Of a stretch of 64,000 nt of DNA, positions 1-14,255 are shown one piece after another. Every line of letters begins with the position of its first letter. Position 1 is the stretch's first letter. The position numbers and the translations under genes were made by a program. A model generated the notes under the pieces. It saw nothing but the letters and a program-made list of their open reading frames with translations. It searched no databases and was not told the DNA's origin. Source of the DNA: the human T2T-CHM13v2.0 reference genome, Homo sapiens; assembly GCF_009914755.1 (NCBI RefSeq), contig NC_060930.1. The stretch is one strand, 5' to 3'.

Positions 1-534
1 TGTTTGCTAAAAAATATTAAAATATATTACATTAAAAAGGAACTCTTGAAAGTACAATTCAGACTTCAGGAAGGAGTATTTCTTATAATGTCAAAAAGTT
101 GTATTTTATCTATTCCCCACTCACTCTGAGTAAAGTAATCAGACTCTATTATGAGAGAGAATAAAAAAATCGGGGTGTGCAGGAAAAAGAATAAAATGAG
201 TAAAAGTTTTGAGACCATCTTGTTAATAAACTCCATTGGAATACAAGTAGTAATATGCAAACAGAAAATGAAATATGAGCTACAATTGCAAATAATAACC
301 ATTTACATATTTTGCAGAGTTTTCTATAATATTCTATTATCATAGACTAGCATTAAGATCAAGACCTTGAAAAATACCAGGAAAAAAAAACACTAAATAA
401 ACTATAGATTGGTTAAAAAAATCATAATTCAGAAAACAGAGGATTAATAGTTAAAGTATAAGTTTTAAGAGATGAAAAACTTAGACTAGAAAGAAGTAAC
501 CAAAAGTTGGAGAAATGCCAATTAAATTAGCAAG

Positions 535-950
535 ATATGCTTTCTACCAATCAGACTATTTAAAAATACTTTAAAAATTTGTATTGCTGACAGAGATCAG
601 GTGAAGATTATTATAATACATTGCCGTTACAGGATATGTAGCAGCTTTGGGTGCAGAAATATATAACCTATTAAGTTAAAAATCATTTGTCTTTTAATCT
701 GAAAACCCCACTTCTAGAAATATATTCCATAGGAGTCAAAGTACCAGGATACAACATTGCTCACAGTGATAAAGCACTTCAACAACGGAATGACTGAACA
801 AATTATGGCATAAGCATGCAGTGAAACATCATGCATACATTATACCATGTATTCATTAATAAGAACAAATCATTTCACTTGGATAGCTTTCCACAAAGAG
901 TTGTTGAATATGAAAAGATGCAGATGGGGATGTAAAATCTTATTCTGTTT
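535..950 (+). mobile_element. Old L1 (L1ME-like) 3' fragment
   Basis: Degenerate L1 3'-end motifs, e.g. 'aaaccccacttctagaaatatattcc' and 'aatgactgaacaaattatggcata'. Boundaries approximate. Confidence 0.45.
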
Positions 951-1602
951 TAGAAAAGAAAACATGGAGAAAGTATAGACTGCTATATACTAGGATGTCA
1001 CATGAGTTACCAGTGGAGGGGAGTGTGAAGAGGGTGGCTCCGGAAAGAAGAGGCAGCAAGCCAAACAAAAATGGAGACAAGAAATAGACTGCTACGCTAA
1101 TTTCTATAAATGTTTGTAAGCACTTTTATCTAAAGTTAGATGCATGTGTCTGTAATAAAAATTTTAAAATTAATCAGAAACAGCTCTCTAACCCCAAAGT
1201 ATCTCCAGTCCCCGAATTTGGAAGTCTTATGTGGTTTAGCTGCTGAACAGCAACTCCTTCCTCCATTTTCATTTCCAGTTTAAAACATGGAGAAATCGTT
1301 GGTGAGATGTAGTGATAGGAGGTAAATAAGTGTGCTCCTCAGTTCTAAATTCAAAGGATATATTTGCCAACTTCTTCATCTATCAGAATGATTTTATTAA
1401 TTTACACTTCACTTCAAACATACCACGAAGAATCTGACTGACCCTGACAAATCTAGGGGGTTGGAAGGGAGTGCATTTTGTTATTAATGGACTCAAAGAA
1501 GAATATTTGTAAGCAAGGGTCCACGTTCCCTTTTTCTCTTAAAATTAGTACTAGTTTTCCATGAAATATGAACAAAACAGAAACAATAATTGAGATTCAT
1601 GA

Positions 1603-1992
<390 letters not shown>

Positions 1993-4144
1993 GAGAGGCA
2001 GTATTTTAAGGCAAAAATGTTATTTATTTTCAGGGAGATAAAACAAAGCATCACAGCTATGAGAATTAATTTTTAAAATGAACCGGTAAAGATTTCTATG
2101 GAAAGCAGATGTAAAAGAATCAATTCTTTCAAAGTGAAGGTAAATGATGGAAGGTGGAGCTAATAATAAATAGGGAAAAAAATAACAATGAAGAGAATGA
2201 GACAAAAATGTCAGGTGTGGAATAAAAACAAGAAAGAAAACATTCAATAATAGAAATTACTAAGGAACAAAACGGAGAAGGAAAAAGTTTTATAGTAAAA
2301 GTCATGAGGCAAACTAAAAAACCAATATCATTGGATATTCAAAGTGCTTTTGATATCCGAGCAAAATTCATAGGAAGTCAGCACTTCATAGTTTGGTGCA
2401 ATTCTTTAAAGGTTAAAAAAAGTCTTCAAGCTTTTATATAAAGAAAACTTAGTTTCAGGGCATTAAAATCAGGACTCCTTTCAACCTCATCACAAATAGA
2501 GTATCAATCAATGGCCTGGTCTCTGAAAGGAAAAAGATCTCAACCAAGACACTCAGGAAATGTGTCATTTGTGTGTGAAAACAATAGGAAGACATTCTTC
2601 GAACTACGGACTCCCACTTTCCCACCTAGAAATTCTTTCTGCAAAATACACAACAGGATATAAACCAGAACTCCAAAAGACTGAATTACATGTAAGCTCT
2701 CCAATTGGATTATGCATTGGAAAAAAAACAAACAAAAACGTTTGATGGCCATTAAAACCATGTTCCCATTACAGAGCAGTCACTAAAGTGTATGATTATT
2801 GTTTGATAATAGTAAGTAAGGGTCTAACAAGGGAAGACGTGCTGTAAGTCTAAATAACTGGAGTAAATTTTAGAAAAAAAAGTAGAACAAACATTTTAAA
2901 TAATAAAATAAAAGTTTATTTAAAGGTTAAAAAATGGGATTTCAGATTCCAAAATTTAGATAATGAGCTAGGAGAAGCCACATGGCTTTGAGGTTACACC
3001 CTGCTTTCCTTAGAAGATAATTGAGAGTAACAACAAAAATAAATAAATAATAACAACATTAGAAAAGCTAAAGGGAGTTTGAGATAATCATTATGAAAGC
3101 AAAACAATAAAAACAGCATAATTAATGATTCAAAATTACTGAGGTAGATTAAAAGAAGCACAAAATAAATTTAATTATTGACACTAATATGATATTTATT
3201 TTTAAAACTATGGAAATAAGGAAAAATGTTTACAATGCTATATTAATACAATTTGAAGCAAAAGGAACAAATTGATAAATTGTACATATATGTCTGTGGA
3301 CAAACCAGCACAAAAATAGAAATAAACATACTATAATGTAACATTATGGGTAATTGCTTTATTTACTCATACGGCTTAAAAAACTTTTAAAAATAAATAA
3401 GAACAACTCTCTTAATTTCATTGTTAAATTACATTAAGGCAAGATTAAACATTTTAAAAATATGCCAAATTCAATTTTAAGACGCAGCATATATTGCCAC
3501 TTTTAACAGGTAGTAATTTAACTGCAGAGAAAGACTTTCGTTTCTTTCTTATTATAAAAAAAAAGTAAAGAATTATTCACCATTGTCTTATCATTACTTT
3601 AGAAGACAAGCTATTTGGTGAATCTGTACAATCTATGTATTAAGTAAAGATATTTTTGCGCTTGGGTAAATAGGTCCCTCAAAGCTGGCAGGGCCTCTAA
3701 CTAAATATACACCATGTGCAGGTTATTGAAGTAAAAACGGAAGGTCTGTGTGTGACATTTGCAGATACTAAAAATGATGCTTAAATACAAACATGATTTT
3801 CCCATTGGAGAACGACGGCTTGCCACTAAGATAAGAATACTGCTTTCAGAATTTCCTTCTGAACTTTCTAGGCAAGCCTCTCTAGTATGCATTCTCCAAA
3901 ATCAGATATATTACTGAACTATCATATAGTCCAAGACTGTAAATCTTTGGTTCATACAATGTCAGGGATCATGGAGAAATTTAACATTTAGGAAAAAAAA
4001 GTTATCTGTGGATATTGAAGAAGACTTTATAATCATATTACTCTTTCATTTTATTCATGATTCTAATTTCAAAAATTAATCTTGCTTCCCCCTCTACCTT
4101 TCCTGTACATCCTCCATATCAACTAGATTGCCCTTGTTTTAATT

Positions 4145-5105
4145 TTTCACTTTTTTAAAGAGCAGTTTTAGGTTTACAGCAAAATTGGGAGGAAGGTACA
4201 GAGATTTCCCATATATCTTCTGCCCTGACATGTGTACAGCCTCCCCAGTTATCAGTATCCCCAACAGAGTGGTACATTGTTACAACTGATGAACCTACAT
4301 TGACATACCACAGTCACCGAAACTTCATGGTTTACATTACGGCTCCCTCTTGGTTTTATACCATCTATGGGTTTGTACAAATACATAATGACATGTCTCC
4401 ACCATTATAGTGTACACACAGAGTATATACACTGCCCTAAAAATCCTGTGTTCTGTCTACTCATCTCTCTCTCCCCTCCAACCCCTGACAACCATTGGTC
4501 TTTTTACTGTCTTCATAGTTTTGCCTTTTCCAGAATGTCATATAGCCTTTTGATGTTGACTTCTTTCACTGAGTAATATACATTTACATTTCTTCTATGT
4601 CTTTTCATAGCTCTTTTTTTTTTGTCACTGAACATTTCTTTGCCTGGATGTACCACAGTTTATTCATCCATTCACCTACTGAGGAACATCTCGGTTGCTT
4701 CCAGATTTGGGCAGTTGTAAATAAGGCTGCTATAAGGATCCATATGAAGATTTTTGTGTGGGTATAAGTTTTCAACATTTTGGGTAAATATCAAAGAATG
4801 TGTTGGCTAGATCCTATGGTAAGAGTATGTTTCGTTTTGTGAGAAAACACCAAACTGTCTTTTAAAGTTGCTGTGCCACTTTGCATTCCTACCAGCAACG
4901 AGTGGGAGTTCTTGCTGCTTCACATCTTCCCCAGCATTAGGTGTTGTCAGTGTACTGGATTTCGGCCACACAAACAGGTGTCTCATTATTGTTTCAGTTT
5001 TTGTTTTCCTAATGACATAATGTGGAGCATCTCTTCACATGCTTGTTTGTCATTTATACAACTTGTTTCACGAAGTGTCTGTTAAGTTATTTGGCTTATT
5101 TTTAA
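4145..5105 (-). mobile_element. L1MC1/2-like 3' end
   Basis: 'agcagttttaggtttacagcaaaattg...gtacagagatttcccatata...gatgaacctacattgaca' matches the antisense L1MC 3' UTR. Confidence 0.85.
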
Positions 5106-5111
5106 ATCTGG

Positions 5112-5492
5112 TTTCCTTCCTTCCTCCTTCTCTCCTTTTCTTTGTCTCTCTCTTTCTTTCTTTCTCTTTCCTTCCTTCCTTCCTCCCTCCCTCGCTCCCT
5201 CCTTCCTCCCTTCCTTCCTTTCTTCCTTCCTTCCTCCTCCTCCTTTTCTTTCTTTCTTTCCTTCCTTCCTTTCTCCTCCTCTTCTTTCTCTTTCCTTCCT
5301 TCCTTCCTCCTCTTCTTTCTCTTTCCTTCCTTCCTTTCTCCTCCTCCTTCCTTCTCTTTCCTTCCTTCCTTCCTCCCTCCTTCCCTCCTTTTCTTTCTTT
5401 CTTCCTTCCTTCTTCTCCTCCTCCTTTTCTTTCTTTCTTTCCTCCTTCCTTCCTTCCTTTCCTTTCCTTTCTTTCCTTCCTTCCTTCCTTCT
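5112..5492. repeat. ~380-bp (CTTC/CCTT/CTTT)n polypyrimidine tract
   Basis: Almost pure C/T tract at the tail position of the adjacent minus-strand Alu. Confidence 0.97.
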
Positions 5493-5753
5493 TGATAGGA
5501 TCTCACTTGTTACCCAGGATGAAACGCAGTGGCAGTCACTGTGGCCTTAAACTCCTGCGCTTAGATGATTCTCCCACCTCAGCCTCCCGAATAGCTGGGG
5601 CTACAGGTGCACCACCATGCTCAGCTAATTTTTTGTAGAGACAGGGTTTCATCATGTTGCCCTAGTTGGTCTCAAACTCCCAGGCTCAAGTCATCTGCCC
5701 ATCTCAGCCTCCCAAAGTGTTAGGATTACAGACATAAGCTACCACACCCAGAC
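5493..5753 (-). mobile_element. AluJ
   Basis: Diverged antisense Alu body 'gataggatctcacttgttacccagg...cccaaagtgttaggattaca'. Confidence 0.9.
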
Positions 5754-5756
5754 TTG

Positions 5757-6680
5757 TATTCTTACTGTTGAGTTTTAAGAGTTCTTTGTAAACTTGGATA
5801 ACAGACCTTTACAAGATGTGTCTTTTGTAAATATCCTATCCCAGTCTGTGGGTTGTCTGCTCATTCTCTTGATATTGTCTCTCACAGTGTGGAAGTTTTT
5901 AATTTTAATGAAGTCCAGCTTATCATTTTTTATCATAAATCATGCCTTTGGAGTTGTATCTAATAAATTACTACCATATCCAAAGTCATCTAAATTTTCT
6001 CCTATAGTATCTTCTAAAAGTTTCTAGTTTTGCATTTTACATTTAGGTCTATGATTCATTTTAAGTTGGTTTTCAGGAAGGATGTAAGGTCTATGTGTAA
6101 ATTCATGACTATTCTTCTTTAGCCTATTGATGTGATTGATTACATTAATTGATTTCTTTATTGTTGAACTAGCCTTGCATATCTGTGATAAATGCCAGTT
6201 GGTCATGGTGTATAATTATTTTTATACATTGTTGTATTTGAATTGCTAACATTTTGTTGAGATTTTTTGCATCAATGTTCATGAGAGATATTGGTCTGTA
6301 GTTTTCCTTTTTTGCAATGTTTTTGTCTAGTTTCAGTATTAGGGTAAGCTGGCCTCATAGAATGAGTTAGGAAGTATGCCCTCTGCTTTTATCTTCTAAG
6401 AGAGATCTTACAGGAGTCCTCTAATTCCTTCCTTAAATGTTTAGTAGAATTCATCCCAGTGAACCCATGAAGGCCCAAGACTTTATGTTTTGTAAGGTTA
6501 TTAATTATTTATTCAATTTCTACAATAGACATAGATCTATTCAGATTGTCTATTTCTCCTTTTACAAATATTGGCAGATGGCATCTTTCATAAAATTGAT
6601 TCACTACAATCAACCAATAATCAAATCTGTGGGCAAACAGTTGTGCATAAAATTCCTTTATGACCCTTTAATGTCCAGGA
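5757..6680 (-). mobile_element. L1M ORF2 fragments (continuation of the L1MC)
   Basis: 'gtttttaattttaatgaagtccagcttatc' and 'gttcatgagagatattggtctgtagttttc' are antisense L1 ORF2 sequence. Confidence 0.8.
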
Positions 6681-7847
6681 CATTTTTATTTTGTACCCTC
6701 AGTCAAAACTGTAGAACATACATATGATCTTTGTACTTGTTGAAAAATATTTGTTGCCTTTCTTTTCAAAAAACTACCTAAAATAAGTAAGAGTTCTTAT
6801 TCTTCACTTAAACAAATGGAACACTTTATTATTGTGTGTGCATTTAGTTGGCTGTTATTTCCACTTAAATTTCTCATTTTTTATTTCAGTGGTATTAATC
6901 AAAAGCATTGTGCCATGTGGCTGTATATTCTCTTGGATAAGCAAAAGGATGCTGGACTTGTACAATATGTGCCTGTGATCACATATATTCTTAAATAAAT
7001 GTGAAGGGCATGGCTTTGTAAAGAGGCTTTGAATTTCTTGACTTCAAGTTTCACTTCTAATCATTAAATCAATTGGAATTTTCTTTATGGTCATTTTAAA
7101 GACTATTATAAGCTGTTACTATTTACCAGCTTTTCAGAATTAAAGAACTTGAAGTTTTTCCTTTTATCTTTGAAAGGAGGCAAGCATCTCTATTGTCACA
7201 ATCAGCCTCCACACAGCATGATGGGGATGGCCATGTTTTTCTCCCTAGGAGTATTGCATTGTCACTTGAGCTGTTCAAGATTTGGGATGTGATATTTTTA
7301 ATCTGAACTTCCAAGAACCCATAAATATAATTAAATGATTCTGATGAAGCCAGTCCCAAATATCTGGGCCATGACATTTACTTCATCATTTAATTGGGCA
7401 GAGAAACAAACATTAATAGAATAAATTGGAAATCTTAATCATACAAACATGCAGATATGGAGAAAATCTTCACATTCCCTTGCACAGCTCATCCTCGTTG
7501 TTGCCTCTGTCTTCTTTCCCTCTGTTATTATTCTACCGCTAACCTGAAAATATCTTCTTACATTCTTTCCATTATTCAAATGCATCCATCGTGCAAAATA
7601 ATAATTTATTCATTCATTTTCTGAGCTCAGTAACCTACAAGGGAATGCTTAATTGTTGGCTATATCTTTTTTCTCTAGTAATTTCATACATGCCTCTGTT
7701 TCTAAATCATTGTTATGCTTCTGAAGAATAAGGATCATAAAATGGTGGTACACAACCCTTAAAGATGTAAGAAATTTGAGCAATATTTAGACATGATACA
7801 AGGATCATTTTCAATATGGAGAAACTGAGCCCCAGAAGATTTAAATT

Positions 7848-8060
7848 CATTCAATCATGTATTTGGTAAGTGAGCATTCACATTGTGGCTGGTACTGTGT
7901 TGAATGCCGTGTATACAATGCAGACCAAAAAATAACAGAGTTTCTGTTCTCATGGACTTCAGTCTGAAGGAGGGATTCAGCCACTAATCAAATAGACACT
8001 TAAGAGGTAAAATTTTAAATTGTGATCAGCATTTTCGGAAAGCATCTATAGTGATACAAG
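7848..8060 (-). mobile_element. L2 3' fragment
   Basis: 'ttcattcaatcatgtatt...ggtactgtgttgaatgc...tgttctcatggacttcagtct' follows the L2 3'-end pattern. Confidence 0.5.
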
Positions 8061-10014
8061 AGAATTTACTAGGGGAAATGGACCATTCCTTAGGTTCTAC
8101 CATCAGCTAGAACAGAGTATAAATTGGAACCCAGATTTTCTTCTTCACAAATAATCCCTTAGATCGTTGACCACATAGTTTACATTAGATGAATTCTTCC
8201 CAATCAGTTGATTCACTATCGTTCAGGTGATCTGCAGTTGCAGATAAGCGTGGTATACAAATTTGAGTACTGAGGCCATTTATCTCTTTAGCCGTGGTTT
8301 CATATAGCTGATTTTCTGCTCTCTTAGGAACCAGTTCTGAGAAAAATATATAGGAGTTGTTATTTACACTGAATTTTGCCAGCATGAGGTAGGCCAACCA
8401 ATCAGACCTATAGCTTCTGTGTTCTCTGACTAGGCTCCCACCAAAACATGTTTAACCATCACCTAGTACTTGAAATTCGAATTCAGCATAACAGCTACAT
8501 GACTACCTGGTGTATTTTTGTACTTCTCTGGCATTGAGAAGAGCTCCCTTAAGGCCACACATTCCATATTCAGATAGATCTTTTAGAGTTGTAAAGATGT
8601 TTGTTTAATATAATGCGTTAAAGTGTAGCTACCTTCCAAGAGTTAGAACTCAGTATTAGCACCATATTCTCATCCAGCCACTGAGATATGTGACAAGTGA
8701 AAAGTGGTGTAAGATATATATGCACACATATATTCCTGGTGGAGACAGGCTATGACAACTTTCTGACTTTAATCTTGCAAATGATGGAGTACTTGACAAT
8801 GCTGAATCACAGAAAAAAATCCAAAGCTTGCTCTGTGTATTAAAACATCCATTTAAAAATATTTAGAAAGAGCCACCAAGCACTTGTGAGCATATGTGCA
8901 TATGCCCGCAGTTCCCTTTGCTCTGGAAAATATTCAAGTGGAAAGCTACTGCTCTGTTTCATAAGTAACAGCAATTTGTGACAAGCATGGAATATGCTGG
9001 GCATCATCAACTGCATTGTTATCAGCTGCAGTACAATTTAATTAGCGAGCCTGAGTTTGATTATCTGCCAGTGCATGCTACCTTAACTGCTCTGTTCCAG
9101 TTTGAGGACTAAATTTTGTCTGATCATGTTAACATATTTGAGAGCATACCTCAACATTCTCAAGTGTTTTGTTCGTCATATTATGCTCCCGCATCAACAA
9201 AATTGTATTAAAAGCCTTGACGTCAGCTCAAAATATTCTGAAGTGAATCAAAAGCTTATTATTTCTAGACGTAAGAATAACTTGACTTCATGTTAGATAT
9301 GATTTCCTCATTTATAGTGCTGCTTAAATCAGATGAATGTAAAAGGATATACTGGTCACTATAATTTCAAGATTTTTTTAGATTTAGGTGTGTTTGTGTT
9401 CATGTTTCAGAATGAGTGTAGTTCCAGCTTCAGATAAGGAAAGGAAGTTTAGGGTGACAGGAAGAGAACACAGTAGCCAGAAAGCCAGATGACAAATAAT
9501 AAGATTGTCCAGGCAAGGTATCAGAATCAAGGCAGTCCAGGAAAGGGCTAACAGGGCATCTCCCAGAGCAAACGCAGATGAAAACAGATGTCACATCAGC
9601 AAGCACTGGTCAGAGTCGTTTGTGTCTGGACTTCAGATGCTAGAAACAGCAAACTAGAGGGCTTTGGCCTTTTCAGTTTGGCTCTTGACAAAGACATTTT
9701 CCATTTGTAGACGCTGTCAAACACTCATTCTTTTCATCTGTGCACTCTCACATGTAAAATTAATGGCAACAATTAGAAGCGAATGACCGGACCTAACACA
9801 TAAAATATCGACTTAAAGAAAACATATAGGAGGAGCTGGCTGAAGAAAATATGAGAAGGTTTAACATATGGTATTTAATTTTTTCTAACATTGCACAAAT
9901 GCAATATTTTCTTTAAAATGTTTCATATAAATCTTGGCAGAATTTATATTGTTAATTGACTTCTGTCTTTTTAGATAACTTAAGTGCTTGTATATTACCC
10001 CCGGCCAATTGTAA

Positions 10015-10355
<341 letters not shown>

Positions 10356-11263
10356 GTATATGCCTTTGTTACAGTGTCTATGTTACCTGGCACTGTGTGA
10401 ATTATAGGGCATCTGCCCAACCAAGTCTCGATAAATTTAATATTTAGTGTGTATACCATAAACTAAAATCCTAATAAAGTGCTAAGTGCAGTATGAAAGC
10501 CTTAAGGGAGGAAAAAAAGCAAAATTCACATTGTGTTAAATCTCGTCTCACGTAAGTGCACCTGGCTTACAGAGTAGATAACTCAATGGGGTCAAAACTG
10601 AACATTTTTATTTTTCTCCAATCACTGCCCTTAACAAGACTCTGTCTAGTATTTCTTTCCCATCACATAATGGCATCTTTGAAGCTGTGATCCCAAATTT
10701 TATCTAACGCTGTCTTCTTTTCCTATCAAGAAGGAACCTATGTGAGGAAGAGCCAATGTCTGATCTTCCTCTTCTCCTCTCACATCAGGGTCTTTGAGAA
10801 GACTGAGGGGGAAGGTAAAAGTATGTGGACTTCTCTTATTTACACACCTTCTTCCCTTTCTCTTCTGGGTCTAGCTTTTCTTGGGGTATGGCAGAGAGAA
10901 GAAAAGGGAAACTAAAGAATCTTCAGGTTTTACAGACCTGGCCGTGTATTGGTGGTGGGGAGGCAACTCTGGTGCCATGCAGGCTTCATCTAGAGACCCC
11001 AGTCCTACTCCGGCACAAACTCTTCTTTTCTGCTGCTAGTGGTGTCATCACCTTAGATGTTTCCCTGCTGCTGATGTGGATGGCTTCCTTAGGGTGATCT
11101 TTAGAACATTCTTAGTGAGACACAGACACATCTCCCTATAACCCACCTATGCCTTAGGCTCATTCATGGGCCTTTATCTTACTTTGTCTACTTATCTCCT
11201 GGGTGGGGACCTTGTCTCCTGCCCTCTCCCCTAAACTCATGTTTCTTCACATAAAAACACAGA

Positions 11264-11921
11264 AATAGGAACTCTTTTACACTGCTGGTGGGAGTGTAAA
11301 TTAGTTCAACCATTGTGGAAGACAATGTGGCAATTCCTCAAGAATTGCCCGAAATAATATTTGAACCAGAAATAATATTTGACCCAGCAATACCATTACT
11401 GGGTATACATCCAAAGGATTATAAATCATTCTACTATAAAGACACATGCACATGTATGTTTATTGCAGCACTGTTCACAATAGGAAAGACTTGGAGTCAA
11501 CCCAAATGCCCATCAATGATAGACTAAATTAAGAAAATTGTGGCACATATACACCATGGAATACTATGCAGCCATAAAAAAGAATGAGTTCATGACCTTT
11601 GTAGGGACATGGATGACGCTGGAAACCATCATTCTCAGCAAACTAACACAGGTACAGAAAACCAAATACCACATGTCCTCACTCATAAGTGGGAGTTGAA
11701 CAATGAGAACACATGGACACGAGGGTGGGGGTGGCATCACACACCGAGGCCTGTCAGGGAGTGGGGGGCAAGGGGAGAGATAGCATTAGGAGAAACACCT
11801 AATGTAGATGACGGGTTGATGGGTGCAGCAAACCACCATGGCACATGTATACCTATGTAACAAACCTGTATGTTCTGCACATGTGTCCCAGAACTTAAAG
11901 TATAATAATAATAATAATAAA
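11264..11921 (+). mobile_element. L1PA7-like 3' fragment (~650 bp)
   Basis: End of ORF2 (FDPAIPLLGIHPKDYKSFYYKDTCTCMF) plus 3' UTR 'ggagaaacacctaatgtagatgacgggttgatgggtgcagc' and an (AAT)n tail. Confidence 0.92.
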
Positions 11922-12637
11922 ACAGAACTTTGAAGTTCTCTTCTACAGCTTTGAGAGCTTTGGATAACTGGAATGAAGGCATGGGGTTACCTCCATCTTC
12001 TTCCTGGCACAACAGAGCAACTGCCCCTTTTGCCATGCTCTTATGAATGCTTCAGGCAAATGTGATTCCCAGGAATCTTCAGGTGAAAAGCAGACACCAG
12101 CCTCTCCTTCATCTATACCTGCAAGCTCCAGAGAGCAGATGGTAAGCTTTCTCCTCCCTTCCCTGGGGCAAGCATTTCATTCTCTTCTGAGGGTGACACT
12201 CTTGTGCCTGCAGGTACTACTGCCAGCATGACTGTCCCTGGGACTCTCGCTCATGCAAACCCCATAAATAATCATGAAAAGTCCTAAAAAAACACTCATG
12301 CTGATTTTTTTTTACTTCGTAGACAGTTCTTAGAAATGAATAGATCCCCTACCTATCATCATATACTTTTACTCTTAATTTGTGTTTAAAAATAATTAAG
12401 TTATAATAAAAAAGGCAAAAATAATCTACTTGAGATTCAGCAAAAAAAAAAAATCATTATAGCAAAGAATTCTTAGTCTTAGATGTCAGAGTGAATTCCT
12501 GCATAAAGCTTTATAATCTTCTCACTAAAAGTCATTAACATTCATTATACATAGAAATAGTGAGGAGAATAGTTAAAACAGCTGTGTACATTAATAGATA
12601 ATTTTAAAAAGTATTCTGGGTAAAGAACATTCTGCAC

Positions 12638-12845
12638 TGTGGCATTGTAGTTAAAAATATGGAACCCTGAGTGAGAAGAATCTGGGTTCAGGTTATGAAC
12701 TGTGGCCTTGAGCGCATTATGCAACCTCCTGAGCTTCAGTTTCCTCGTCAATAAAATGGGCATAGTGATTCCTAGCCCAGAATTATTGTAGGAATTGAAA
12801 CAGATAAGGCATGTAGACATGCAAAAAGCCCTTAATAAGTAGTAA
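12638..12845 (+). mobile_element. MIR
   Basis: MIR core 'ctgagcttcagtttcctcgtcaataaaatggg'. Confidence 0.75.
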
Positions 12846-14044
12846 ACATCACCTTGTACCCCATAAATATATATAAATTGTTCATTAAAAATTAAATAAA
12901 ATAAGTAGTAATATCTTTATTATTTTGACAAAATATAATCCTCTATTATCCTATGTACTTGATTTGTGGAAAGACACAATTATCCTCTATACGTGATTTG
13001 TGGAAAGACAGTCTAAAACCAAGAGAGAGAAATTCTTCTAATAATTCTTTTAAACAAAGTAATTTCATTTTGAAAAAGAATGCCAGTTATTCTTCTGCTT
13101 CAAACTTAAGCATTCAGTTATCTTAAGACTTCAGGCTTCAAACTTAAGTATTCAGTTATTTTAAGACTATCCAAGGATATATCAGGATAAATGTACAGAA
13201 TATCAATATTTCACTGAGATGGTGTGTTTCACTAAGTCATTTGCATTGTATAATGTAAGATATCATCTTCTAGGTGGGAAATGAGAAATACATTCCATAG
13301 ATGATGAGTTTGGAAACATTTTGACCCGAAAGGAATTAATATGGAAGACAAGTTTTAGAAATGCTGAGGCTCAGACTTTGAAGCCCATGTTCTACCTATC
13401 TAGTGTGTGCATGTATGTGATCACATTGCCTCACATAATATAATGCAGAGGTCAAACTGTGTCATTTCTAACATCCCTTCAGCTCTAGCTTTCCACAATT
13501 AAGTGAGTGGAATCCTGCTGAATGCAGTTGTTCTATTTTTAAGTTTCATTTTTGTCTGTACTTTTCCTAAAGCAAAGATCACCTCGTCTAAACTTCAAGA
13601 ATTATAAGATGCTTTTTTCTCAGTCAGAAAACCCCTACCCAAAACTTGAGAATTTTGTGTCCCTATCAGTATTACCTAATTAGTATTTCCTATCTATTCC
13701 AATCTAAAAAAAAAACATCATAACAAAAAGAATATTCTATACTCTATATCACTTATTTTTATTTCATAATAAGGCAAAGCTGTTATCATATGTGAAACCC
13801 TACTTGTCCCTGAAAATCCTGGTCTTTAATGAAAAGTAAAAATAAATAATAACTTCTTTTGTGGTTATGTTGTGATACTCCTTTTTATCAATTGGTATTA
13901 CCAAGTTAAGGGATTAATACAATAATTGAGCTCTGTTTTGAATTCAGAATGATCCAACTTATTCAGTGTGAGAAAGAATTTAGAAAAAAAGAAGGTAAAT
14001 TTAGTTTCACACTAAGGAACTCGTGTTAATATTAGCCCTATTAA

Positions 14045-14255
14045 TAATGATAAACATAATGGTTAATACTTGTTGGGTTGGGCACTGCTGTGCAAAAGGC
14101 AGTGTTCTGGGCATTTTGCATACACTGATTCGGTCTATCCCTAGAGCATCCCCAGGAGGTAGGTATCAATCGTGTTTCCTCATTATTGTAGTGAGGAAAC
14201 TGATAAACAGGAATTTTAGCCACTTACTGAGGTTTGCCTAGATTGTGAGTAACAC
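14045..14255 (-). mobile_element. MIR
   Basis: Antisense core 'cctcattattgtagtgaggaaactga'. Confidence 0.6.

Noticed and set aside
5039-5638. 199-aa F/L/P/S-rich ORF and antisense R/K/E-rich ORF
   Set aside because: Translation of the (CTTC)n tract plus Alu.
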